A stretch of 64,000 nt of DNA from Octopus vulgaris. Taxonomy: Eukaryota. Both the position numbers and the translations under genes were made by a program. The notes under the pieces were generated by a model that saw nothing but the letters and a program-made list of their open reading frames with translations, had not been told where the DNA came from and made no database searches. This document shows, one piece after another, positions 13,101 through 25,962 of the stretch (within the stretch, counting starts at the first letter, position 1; every line of letters starts with the position of its first letter). The stretch spans positions 40,424,001 through 40,488,000 of the forward strand of contig OX597817.1 in NCBI GenBank assembly GCA_951406725.2, written 5' to 3'.

Positions 13101-16100
13101 AGGTGAGAAGTTGTTGGGCTGCTTTCAATTTTTGTCTACCAATTCCACTTGCTCAGTTTTGGTCAAGTGTTATTAGTAGAAGACATTTACCTGAGGTAGC
13201 ATGCAATGGGACTGAACCCAGGATTGCATCATTAGAAAGCAAGCATCTTAACCACACAAACCTTTTAAAGCAATGCAGGTGAGAAGTTAGGAAAAATATG
13301 TAAGGTGATACTCCCCCCCAAAAAATCTAAGATAAGATATTGTATTACCTTGCATAGGCTGCTAAAAGCTTCTGTTGCATTTTGGGAAACATTCTTAAAA
13401 TCTAATAAAAGCATTAAACAATCTATGTAAGGTAGCTCAGCATCTACTCCATCTTGTCTTTGTTTTTATTTATTGATATCACCTTACATATTATGTTTTA
13501 CTTCTCATCTGCATTGTTTAAAGGTATTTTTTTTTCATACTAAGACATTTATATCATTTATTATATATAGCTACCATTGTTAATCATTGTTGAACAATAT
13601 CTCACTATGGAAGTTATTGATAACTCGACATATTTAGAACTTTAAGTTGACTTAACACATAATCTGATGATTGCTGCTGTGACAGTATTAACTTGATACA
13701 TGGTAACCAGCTGATTAACTCAGCTGGTTACCATTCTTTTCTGGTCAATACATACATACATACGTACGTACGTACATACGTGTGTGTGTGTATGTGTATA
13801 CAAAAGAATTTCAAAATGAACATTTACTTTCCTTCTGGTTAACTGTTGTTTAATCCTAAGACAACCTATATAAAGCAAACTTCCAGTTGTGATCGACATT
13901 TTTATTTATTCATTTATTTTCTTCAGCAACAGTATATAGTGAGATTTGGCTTCTATTTCGAGCAGATTGATTGGCCACATAGAGGCTTCTTTGTTATTTC
14001 ATTTTCTTCCAGTTGATAATAGCTAATGACTTAGTGAACTCTTAAAATTTCAAGTGTGACTGGTTATATATAGGTTCTGAAGGAATCATTTAAAATTTCT
14101 CTGCTGCAAGAGAGAGAGAGAGAAGGGGGGGTGTTATATATTAATCTTAAACCATTACAGAGACAATCTTTTAATTTCTACTTTGAATCATTGCAGGTTG
14201 TAAGCTTGAATATAGTATCAAGTATTCCATTAGTCTAGCAGATATTTTAAAATAAAACTTACTTAAATGCTTCCTTATTTGTGGGATACCTTAAAGATGC
14301 CTTATGTGGCCTATATAGATGGCGTGTGAGTCAATTTTAAAGAAGGCAACACTTAGCATAATAGATAAGCAGCTTATGATGTTGCTGTTTAGCCCAGGGT
14401 CAATCTTGATTGAGCAGAGCTCTGATCAGAAGCATTCCATACATGGCCATCCATTGTTAGAAGCAGCATCTAAAACCACATTATATAATATGTGCTCTGT
14501 TTTTCTTCTTTTTGTTTTTTAAGACAGTGAGATGTGGTTTGAGAGCTGTGACTTATTTCTAGTAGATTGACCACGTAAAGGGTCCCTCATTGGTTTGAGC
14601 AGCTTATGTGTTGTGCTGATGATGGTAGTGGTAGAGGGTAGTTGATGAGGCATAGATAAAGAAATAAATAAAAAATTATGTTTGATCAACTGACCAGTAT
14701 TATCTCTTAATCTGATAATCCCCAGCAGCCCAGTTGTTCTAAGATGAGACAGAAATAGTATAAGGTTTTATCTTTGCTTATTCCAGTCGTTGGACCACAG
14801 CCAAAACAAAGCACAGCCTTGAAGGGTTTAGTTGAAGAAATCAACCCCTGTACCTTTTTTTTTTTTTTTACCTTTTTCTTCAAATCAGGCAATTACTATA
14901 TTGGTCTCTTTTGCCAAACTGCTATGTTACAGGGATGCAAACAAACCAATACCAGTCGACAAGCAATGGTAGGAACAAACACAACAAAAACACAAAGACA
15001 CATACACACAGATACACACATATATATGTGTGTATGTATGGTGTGTGTGTGTGGTGTATATGGTGTGTGTGCATGTATGTATATGTGTGAATTTTTATTA
15101 ATATTTAGCAGAAGCAAGAGAGTGACTCAAGGGCCCAGAGTTTCGTGCATTAACACTTAACAAACTTTAATAAGTGCCAACACACGAAAATCTCAACCTG
15201 TCACTTCTGCTAAATACTGGTTTTAGATTTTGGCACGAGGCCACCAATTTCAGGGGATGGGCTTAAGTCTGTTAGAGCAACCTCGGTACTCAACTGGTAC
15301 TTATTTTATTGACTCCAAAAGGATAAAAGGCAAAGTTGACCCCAGTAGCATTGAACTCAAAATGTTAAAGACAAATGAAATGCCGCTAAGCATTTTGCTC
15401 TGCATGTTAACGATTCTGCCAGCTTGCTGTCTTACTTCTGTTACATATTCTCAAAGATATATATATAGTGAGGGTGCATGGCTTAGTGGTTAGGGTGTTG
15501 CACTCATGCTCGCTTGATTGTGATTTCAATTCCTAGACTGGGTGGTACTTGTTTTTATTTTTATTTTTCCTGTTTGACTCACCAAACCTATATGTATAAA
15601 TATATATATATAATATGTCCTTGCTGTTATGTTAAACTGTTGTATGTCCAAATTTGACCAAATGTGTTTTTTCAATATTTATTTTTGCTTGCAATTGCTG
15701 GTTCTTTTGGTCAAACTATCGTATCTCCAGCTGCTTTAGATGCCAAGACATCAAAAATTGTCAAAGTGTAGTACAACAGTTTTGCTATGGAATGGTGAAA
15801 CTATTTTTTCATTTTCTGAAAAAGCAATGTTTTGGACTGACAACACTTTTGCATAATAGCAACTATATATATGATGGGCTTCTTTATTTTCATTTCCATT
15901 TGCTAATTCCACTCACAAAGCTTTAGTCATCCTGGGTCTATAGTAGAAGACACTTGCCCAAAGTGCCACACAGTGGGACTGAACCCAAGACCGCATGGTT
16001 AGGAAGTAAGCATCTTAACCATACACAGCCACTCCTGTACTTAACCATATCATTGTTGCAACAATAATATAATAATTTCACGGAGAAAAGAATAAAGATG

Positions 16101-19100
16101 GAGTAAGAAAGGAGATGACTGCAAATAGGGACAGCTATGGCAAAACCAATTTAACAATCTGTGAATACTTATATTATATAAACACATTGCAGAGCATATG
16201 AATAAACTGATTTTATATAACTATTTATTTCTAGCTTTGCTCAAAAATGCAATTTCAAAATCTTTCATCCAAAGTTAAATAAAACTCAATTACGTTAAAA
16301 TTGTGATCCATTGGTTAAGATCCTTAAGTTAGTTTAGAGCAATGCTATAAATATTTTCTCATATATATTTAATGTGGACAGTAGTTTATATAAGAAAAAT
16401 AGATTGAATTACATATAAGGCTGATGGTGCCAATGGTTACCATATCATTTTCCTATTAGATTATTTGAAACTATACAAACATTAATATGGCTTTTCAGAT
16501 TTTATCTATATAACTAGAGCCAAAATTTCATAACGGTGCATATATGCAGTGATTTTTCATTCAAATAGAAATTCTTTGAGGCCTCCATCAACCTGCCAGT
16601 GTTATTTATTCTATTCCAGGTTGCTGGTGTTGTTGGACGTGCAGATTTACTTTGTGCTTTACTTGTTACGTTATCTATATTATCTTACATCAAGGCTTGC
16701 AATACAGGTAAGTCTTCATCATTATTACCATCACTATCATCATCATCATTATCACCATCACTATCATCATCATTGTCGTCATCATAATTTTATGTCCACT
16801 TTCCATGGTAGCATGTGTCAGATGAGTTGTGATGGTTTGTGTCCTTATTTGGAGTTACTGCCCACCAGCAGGGCCAGCCCTAGGGTTGCTGGCACCCTGG
16901 GCAAGCTGACAGTCATGGAAATTTCCTTGTATTTGTTATGTCCTCCTTGGCACCCCTGGTAACCACCGAGTTGCCCATACCTTGAATCAGCCCTGCCCAC
17001 CAGGAGGGCCATGTCTGATTTATGCATTCATTTTTGACTTAGTGCCTATGATGGATACCCTTTCTAACACTATTCACTTTAGTGAGTGTAGTAGGCACAT
17101 TTTATCATAGCAAAAGCATGTGAGAGGTTATCATGTCCTTGACGAGGTTAAACAGTCTTCCCAGCCCTATATTCTCTCTCTCTCTTTCTCTCTCCCTCTC
17201 TCTCTCTCTCTCTCTCCCTCTCTCTCTTTGTTCACTAATTACTGATAACATTAATTACAGAGTTTACATTTCATCATGTCACCAACATTTGTAAGGTTAC
17301 CTTTAGGCTCATGAGACTAAATAGTTCTCATTACTTTATGCTGTATCCATTTGCTCAAGACGTCCCATGTTCATATATTGCAGCTACTGGAATTGTTTCA
17401 TCACCAAAAACTGAGTCTTAGGATTCACTTGTACCATATCCCTGACAATAATATTTGGTAATTACCCATCAGGTTTTTTTTTGTCTGTAGTTTGGCCCTG
17501 TAGACTAAAATCCGGATAACTTTTGAATTCTGTTTTAGTTCTTTTAAAACAAGAATGGCCATCTTAACACACTCCCAAGTTTGACAACAACCACCTAGTT
17601 GGGGAGGTTTAAAAGAGTTCACTCTGGAAATATTTAAGCCAGACTTCCTGACCAGACTCTCACACAGCAATAGTAATTATTATTCAATCAGCTAAAGTTA
17701 GAAAGTGACTCAAGGACTGAGAGTTTCATATATTGGCTCTCATCAAAACTCTGTGTGTGTGTAACATAACAAAAGCAGCTATCTATAGGTACAGGAGTGG
17801 CTGTGTGGTAAGTAGCTTGCTTACCAACCACATGGTTCCGGGTTCAGACCCACTGTGTGTCACCTTGGGCAAGTGTCTTCTACTATAGCCTCGGGCCGAC
17901 CAAAGCCATGTGAGTGGATTTGGTAGACAGAAACTGAAAGAAGCCCATAGTATATATGTGTATATATATGCAGGAGTGGCTGTGTGGTAAGTAGCTTGTT
18001 AACCAACCACATGGTTGCGGGTTCAGTCCCACTGCGTGGCATCTTGGGCAAGTGTCTTCTGCTATAGCCCCGGGCCGACCAATGCCTTGTGAGTGGATTT
18101 GGTAGACGGAAACTGAAAGAAGCCTGTCGTATATATGTATATATATATGTGAGTGTTTGTGTGTCTGTGTTTGTCCCCCCCCCCCCCCCAACATCGCTTG
18201 ACAACCAATGCTGGTGTGTTTACGTCCCCGTCACTTAGCGGTTCGGCAAAAAGAGACCGATAGAATAAGTACTGGGCTTACAAAGAATAAGTCCCGGGGT
18301 CGATTTGCTCGACTAAAGGCGGTGCTCCAGCATGGCCGCAGTCAAATGACTGAAACAAGTAAAAAGAGTAAAAGTAAAAAGAGTATATATATATATATTT
18401 ATATATAATAATAATAATAATAATTGTGTACAGTGCTCAGGTGCACATATATATATATATGTTTGTGTTTCTGTGTTTGTCCCCCCAACCGATGTTGGTG
18501 TGTTTATGTCCCCGTAACTTAGTTCGGTAAAAGAGACTGATAGCATACGTAGTAGGCTTACAAACAATAAGTTCTGAGGTCAATTTGTTCGACTAAAGGT
18601 GGTGCTCCAGCATGGCCACAGTCAATTGACTGAAACAAGTAAAAGAGTAAAAAAGAATCTGCAATATAAAACCAAAAAGGAAAAAGTCACTTGTCACTAA
18701 TAGTGACTTGACGGGGTAGGGTAGCACCTACATTGCACGAAATAAGAGTTAAAAACCCTTATAGCTGCTGGACGCATATATGTATGCATCCAATAATCCA
18801 ATGAAGACCAACAGGCCACCCTTCTTGTAAAAGTATAATAAACAATTACTCTACAAGAAGTATTGAGTAATTCTTCAGTTTAGTGTAAAATTGTTTATAT
18901 TATAAAAAAAATAAGCCAAAAAAAAACAAAACAAGCAAACAATATATAAGTCCTGAAGCTTGCCAGCTCCTGTCAAACCATCTATGCAATGCTAGCATAG
19001 AAAGTGGACGTTAATTGATGATACTGATGATGTATAAGTATTAGTTCCAAGACCAAATGTTTTATAGTTTTCTAAAAGTACATATTTCTAATCTATAAGT

Positions 19101-22100
19101 GTTTTTTTGCCTGTATAGTGTTTGAAGAGATTGGAAAAGAATAAGGCAGGTGTGAAATTATATATGAAATATAAAATTGTAACCTGAAAGTAATAATACA
19201 AGCAAAGTGAAGAAGTGATTTCTCATCAGAGATTGTATGTAGGTGAGATAGCTTCAACAGTCTGAATAGGAAGGTGAAAATAAATGTAGGATGGTGTCAG
19301 AGAGGAAATGTGCTTTAGGCTGGTTACAGCTGTAGAGGGCAGAGAAAAGTAACTTAGAAAGAAGACAACAAAGGAATATGTCAGTAATTTTTGTCTTTTG
19401 TGTTGGATACGTCTTCAGGACATTGCAGTTCTTATGCTAACCCTTTGATACCAACACACCTGTGTTCTGGTTCTGTGTCCATTGTAAAGTGTTCATTAAA
19501 TCAAAACCTGCCATAATAATTTTTTGAAATATCTTTTTAATATAGGCGTAGGAGTGGCTGTGTGGTAAGTAGCTAGCTTACCAACCACATGGTTCCGGGT
19601 TCAGTCCCACTGTGTGGCACCTTCTACTATAGCTTCAGGCCGACCAAAGCCTTGTGAGTGGATTTGGTAGACAGAAACTGAAAGAAGCCCATCGTGTATA
19701 TATATATCTCTTATGATAATACATATATATATATGGCGGTGCCCCAGCATGGCCACAGCTCATTAGCTGAAACTGGAAAAATCAAAATCAAATATGTGTG
19801 TGTGTATGTTTGTGTGTCTGTGTTTATCCCCGCAACATCGCTTGACAACCGATGCTGGTGTGTTCACGTCCCCGTCATTTAGTGGTTCAGCAAAAGAGAC
19901 TGATAGAATAAGTACTAGGCTTACAAAGAATAAGTCCTGGGGTCGATTTGCTTGACTAAAGGCGGTGCTCCAGCATGGCCGCAGTCAAATGACTGAAATA
20001 AATATAAGAATATGTTCCAAACACCACCTTAATAATAATAATAGTAATAATAATCTTCTCTACTATAGACACAAGGCCTAGAATTTATGGGGAGGGTAAT
20101 AGTTGATTACATTGACCCCAGTACTTGATTGGTTCTTAGTTTATCAACCCCCGAAAGGATGAAAGGTAAAGTCGACCTCAGCATAATTTGAACTCAGAAC
20201 ATAAAGACAGACAAAATGCCGTTAAGCATTTTGCCTGGCTTGCTAGCAATTTTGTCAGTTCACTGCCTTAAATAATAATGATTAAATGATGATGGTGGTG
20301 GTTGTCGTGTGGGGATGGTTTCAAATTTTGGTACAAGGCCAACAATTTTAGGAGAAGGGGTACGTCAGCTTCATTGACCTCAGTGTTCCACGGGGACTTA
20401 TTTTATCGCCCCTGAAAGGATGAAAGGTGAAGTTAACCTGGGTGGAATTTGAACTCAGAATATAAAGACAAACAGAATGCCACTAAGAATTTTGTCCACT
20501 CTGCTAATGATTCTCTCAACTCACCACCAACAACGACAATAGTAATTTCAACTTTTGGCACAAGGCCAGCAATTTTGGAGGAGGAGCCAAGTCAATTAAA
20601 TTGAACCCAGTACTCAACTTGTTCTTATTTTATTGACCCCAAAAGGATAAAAAGCAATGTCAACCCCAACAGTATTTGAACTCAGGACATAAAGACAGAT
20701 GAAATATTGCTAGGCTTTTTGCTCAGTGTACTAAAAATTCTGCCTTGATAATCATTTCTACTTGAAGGCACATGGCCTGAAATTTTTGGGGAGGGGACTA
20801 GTTGATTACATCAACCCTAGTGTTTCACTGATACTCATTTTATCAACCCTGAAAGAATGAAAGGCAAAGTTGACCTTGCTGGAATTTGAACTCAGAATGT
20901 AAGGACAGACAGACTGCCAGTAAGCATTTTGCCCAGTGTGCTAACGATTCTGCCAGATTACTGCCTTAACAATAATAATAATAATACTTTGTATTAAAGG
21001 TAAAAGGCCTGAAATTTGGGGGAGGGGGATAGTCAGTTACATCAACCCCAGTGTTTTATTGGTACTTAATTTATTGACTCCAAAAGGACAAAGACAAAGT
21101 CAGCCTCAGTGGAATATGAACTCTGAATGTAAGGGCAGGCAAAATGCTGCTAAGCATTTTGCCCAGTGCTAACGATTCTGCCAGCTAGCTACATTAATAA
21201 TAATAATAATAATCTCCTAATATAATAATGAGCATAATGTTTTTATATATTTGTGTGTGTATATATATATTTGTCCAGAATCATGCTAGATGCAGAGGAG
21301 GAGAGAAAATAATAATTCAGTGAAGGAGAAGTAGTGAGAGTAATAGCCCTGACTGAGAGAGAGTGAGAGAAAGTAATAGCAATGAGAGAAAGGAAGGGGT
21401 GAAAAAAAACTCAGCGTTTCAACTCTGAGTATATGTGTAGTTGTGTACAAGGGAAGCATGCGAATGTTTGTATGTGTGATTATTATGTAACTTATTTTGT
21501 AATTTATTTATATATAAAATATTACAATTAGCTGCCATTATTGGTGGCATGTGGTCAGCTAGTAAAAAAAAAAAATAGTCATTTTATTAAATCCCTCCAA
21601 ATTCTTAATTATTTTTCAAAATGAATTCAAACACAATGTTCTTCACAAATACAGTCATGAAGGTGTTAATGGTTTCGTTCCTTCTTATATATTTCTGATT
21701 CATGTCTCTATTTTATTGCTCTTTTTTTCCTTTTTCAGATAAAAATTGTTTAACAGAAATTCCTGCCAACTTTTCTTGGCTTTGGTTTACAGGAAGCATA
21801 ATCTTTATGGCATCGTCAATGTTGTGCAAGGAGCAAGGTATAACCGTTATAGTAAGTATGTTAGAATGCCTATGATTACTGCGTCAATTAAATCTTCACA
21901 GGTTCATTGTTGTTCTCCAAACAAATAAATACCAGAAATTATTTAGCCCAAATAGATCTATTATTTTCAAAATCATTCTGAACAGAAACATTTATTTATT
22001 CTTTTCTGGTAAAAGTTATTTAGGACGGCATATTTTACGTCTTGATCTTTAAAAGACGCTGGGGATTTGGATTCTAATTTTAGCATATCAAGGAGTAACA

Positions 22101-23691
22101 TTGATTCTCTTTCTCTCTCTTATTGACATTCAAAACAATATTGCGAAGTAATTTATTTATTTATTATTATTTTTCTCTTGGCACATATTCAAAAAAACTG
22201 AATCAATCCTGCTGTGTGAATGACACTAATTTGATCAACCAAGAAGGGATGAAAGGTAGTCTTATTTATAGAATGAAGTGGAAGACCTGAGATTGTTGGG
22301 GGTGAGGAATAGGTGGAAGCTATAATCTTCATGCCTATTTCAGAACATTAGAGAGATAATTCAACAGAAATGGTTCCAGCTAAGTGTTGAGCTAATTTTT
22401 TGGTCCAGCCTATCAAGAGCTCACTCATTAAGTATAAACAGATAAAAATAGATTTAAATTAATGGAGGGAGAAGAAATGAGAAAATGAGACAATGTTTTT
22501 CCAAAGGTCATGAAATATGTGGCTTTTATGAGATCTTTTATCTGGTTCCAGTCATTGGATTGCAGTCATGCTGGGACACCACCTTGAAGGGTTTAGCCAA
22601 CCAGTCAACCCTTGTTCTTATTTTTTAAAGCTTGGTACTCATTCTGTCAGTTTCTTTTGCCAAGCTGCTAAGTTACGGGACATAAACAAACTAATACAGG
22701 TTTTTGAGTAGTGGTGATGGGACAAAGACAAACAAACGTGTGTGTGTGTCTTTCATCATCATTGCTTAACGTCCGCTTTCCATGCTAGCATGGGTTTGAC
22801 GATTTGACTGAGGTCTGGCAAACCAGATGGCTGCACCAGGCTCCAATCTGATCTGGCAGAGTTTCTGCAGCTGGATGCCCTTCCTAATGCCAACCACTCC
22901 GAGAGTGTAGTGGGTGCTTTTACGTGCCACCTGCACAGGAGCCAGTCCAGCGGCACTGGGCAACAACCTTGCTTGAATGTTTTTTCACGTGCCAGTAAGG
23001 CGACGCTAGCAATGACCACACTCAAATGGTGCCCTTCATGTGCCACCGTGTGTGTGTGTGTGTATATATATATATCATCATCATCGTTTAGCGTCTGTTT
23101 TCCATGCTAGCATGGGTTGGACGGTTCTACTGGGGTCTGTGAAGCCAGAAGGCTTCATCAGGCCCAGTCAAATCTGGCAGTGTTTCTACGGCTGGATGCC
23201 CTTCCTAACGCCAACCACTCCGTGAGTGTAGTGGGTGCTTTTTACGTACCACCCGTACAGTTGCCAGACAGAGCTGGCAAACGGCCACGAACGGATGGTG
23301 CTTTTTATGTGCCACTGGCACGAGGGCCAGACGAGGCTGGCAACGGACACGAACGGATGGTGCTTTTTACGTATATATATATATATATATACAAGAAAAA
23401 AGCAACAAGAATGGATTAGTTTTTCAGTACAATTGTTTCATATGAAGAACAGCTTTTAATAAAGCTTTACTTCATATGAAACAATTGTACTGAAAAACTA
23501 ATCCATTCTTGTTGCTTTTTTCTTGTTTATAATCACCCCACATTATTTTATGGTTAATACCATATAGATTTCTAAGTTAAGTACCGCATTCATGTGAATT
23601 CATTGGAACTCACTTGAATCTTAATTGCTTTTACTGAATATATATATATGTAAGTATATGAAGATGGAAATTGTGTAGAAGCCTGTTGTGC

Positions 23692-23722
<31 letters not shown>

Positions 23723-25920
23723 CACACGTATATAAATGATGGGCTTCTGCACAGTTTCTGTCTACCAAATTCACTCACAAAGCATTGGTTGGTCCAGAGC
23801 TATAGTAAGAAGACACCCAGTGGGCTGCACAGTGGACTGAACTGAAAACCTCATGGTTACAAAATGAGCTTCCTAACCACACAGCCATGCCTCAGCCTAA
23901 AACTAATCTTTATTAAAAATTTCAAAACTATGTAATTAATTTGTTTAACCAGGAACTTATCTTTAATTTATTGGCACTCAGCCTCTTTACTCTATTAATT
24001 AAATCACTGAAGTTAATTACTCAAGAGATATCATCTGCATGAAAAATGATATTTTAAGTTAATGTTAACATATTTAACGTGATAAGCATGGAATGTCTAA
24101 TTAGAAATATTCCAGGCTTGGTTGTGTAGTTGAGAAGTTTGCCTCAGAACCACGTGGTTAAGAGTTCAGTTCCACTGCAAAGGTGGTGTTGGGAGGTGTC
24201 GTGTTCTAAAACTAATATCATGTGAGTGAAATTGGTAGGCAAAAATTATAGAAGCCTATAACGTTTCTACCAGCAGCGAACTGGTAGAAATGTTAGCATG
24301 CCAGGCGAGATGCTTAGTGGTATTTCGTCTGCCATTATGTTCTAAGTTCAAATTCCGCCGAGGTCGACTTTGCCTTTCATCCTTTCGGGGTCAATAAATT
24401 AATACCAGTTACACACTGGGGTTGATGTTATCGACTTAATCCCTTTGTCCTTGTTTATCCCCTCTATGTTTAGCCCCTTGTGGGCAATAAAGAAATAAGA
24501 AATTATAGAAGCCTACCATGTATGTGTGTGTAGACACACACATACACTCAATGCAGCTGTACTGCTTGTCAAGTCCTGTCAAACTGGCCAACCCATGCCA
24601 GCATAGAAAACGGTTGTAGATGATAATGATGATAGTGATATTGTGTGTGTTTGTATGAGTTTGTCATTTGCCTTCAACTTTATGTGTGTTTACTGATGGT
24701 AAACAAAAGCCTCATTGTTCATATAGTAAGGCTTTTGTTTCCAGTTCTCCACTGAATCACATCTGGACTGTTTGGAGTTTGATAGACTGGGTTTTTATTA
24801 CCTTCCTTGGAAGCAGGTATCCAAGAAAGACATCTGACTGTAGGAAATGCTGCTCTAGGATAGTCTCAACTAATCCATGTGTTATTGTTTTTTAATACAA
24901 TTCTATCCCAGACAAGGTTTGAAGTCACTGTAGCATAATGGACTACAAAGAAAGAAAAGAAGGGGCCTACAAATCGAAAAGATATCAATTGACAAAAAGC
25001 TCAAGGTGGTGAGCTAGCAGAAACGTTAGCACGCCGGGCGAAATGCTTAGTGATATTTCATCTTCTGTTGCGTTCTGAGTTCAAATTCCGCCAAGGATTA
25101 CTTTGCCTTTCATCCTTTCAGGGTCGATAAATTAAGTATCAGTTACGCACTGGGGTCGATATAATCGACTTAATCCCTTTGTCTGTCCTTATTTGTCTCC
25201 TCTATGTTTAGCCCCTTGTGGGCAATAAAGAAATAAGAAAGCTTAAGGGAATGAATATCGTAGACCTGAGGAAAACAAAATGATGGTAGTGAGTTCCAGA
25301 GAGCAGCAATTCAGAGGAAGAGGCTTTCAACTGAAAGGACTTATGACTAACAAGAATTTCAACTTAGAAATGATGCACCTGAGAAGAGAAGAGGGCGACA
25401 CATTTAAAGGTTTTGGCAGAGGGTACTAATTCATCAGTCATGACCATGGAAATACTTATAGAAAAGACACAGTGAAGATACACTTTGATAACGAGCCAAA
25501 GACTCCAACCTAGTAGAAAGAAGAGGACCCATCATCCTAATGATTTGATTCTAAATTTGATCAAACAATGTAAGCATGGAAAAGTGGATATTAAAACAAC
25601 AATGATGATGATAATGATGATGATGGAAAACAACATTTGTTTCATAAGTAATATTATTGTAATTGACAAGTACATAAGACAACTCTAGACATGTTCTGTT
25701 ATTATTAAACCTCTTCAATGAAGTATAAGCGTCATGTCATTAAATATGTTAGCAGTATAGGTGCAGGAGTGGCTGTGTGGTAAGTAGCTTGCTTACCAAC
25801 CAGATGGTTCTGGGTTCATTTCCAGTGCGTGGCACCTTGGGCAAGTGTCTTCTACTATAGCCTTGGGCCGACCAAAGCCTTGTGAGTGAATTTGGAAGAC
25901 AGAAACTGAAAAAAGCCTTC

Positions 25921-25962
<42 letters not shown>

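Noticed and set aside
17425-17670. ORF weakly resembling a LINE ORF2 C-terminal segment
   Set aside because: Too degenerate to assign by eye.
17860-18567. Recurrent ORFs such as RLPNPLTR...RRHLPK or QIHSQGFGRPEAIVEDTCPR found at many positions
   Set aside because: Chance open frames within SINE family A copies, not a protein family.
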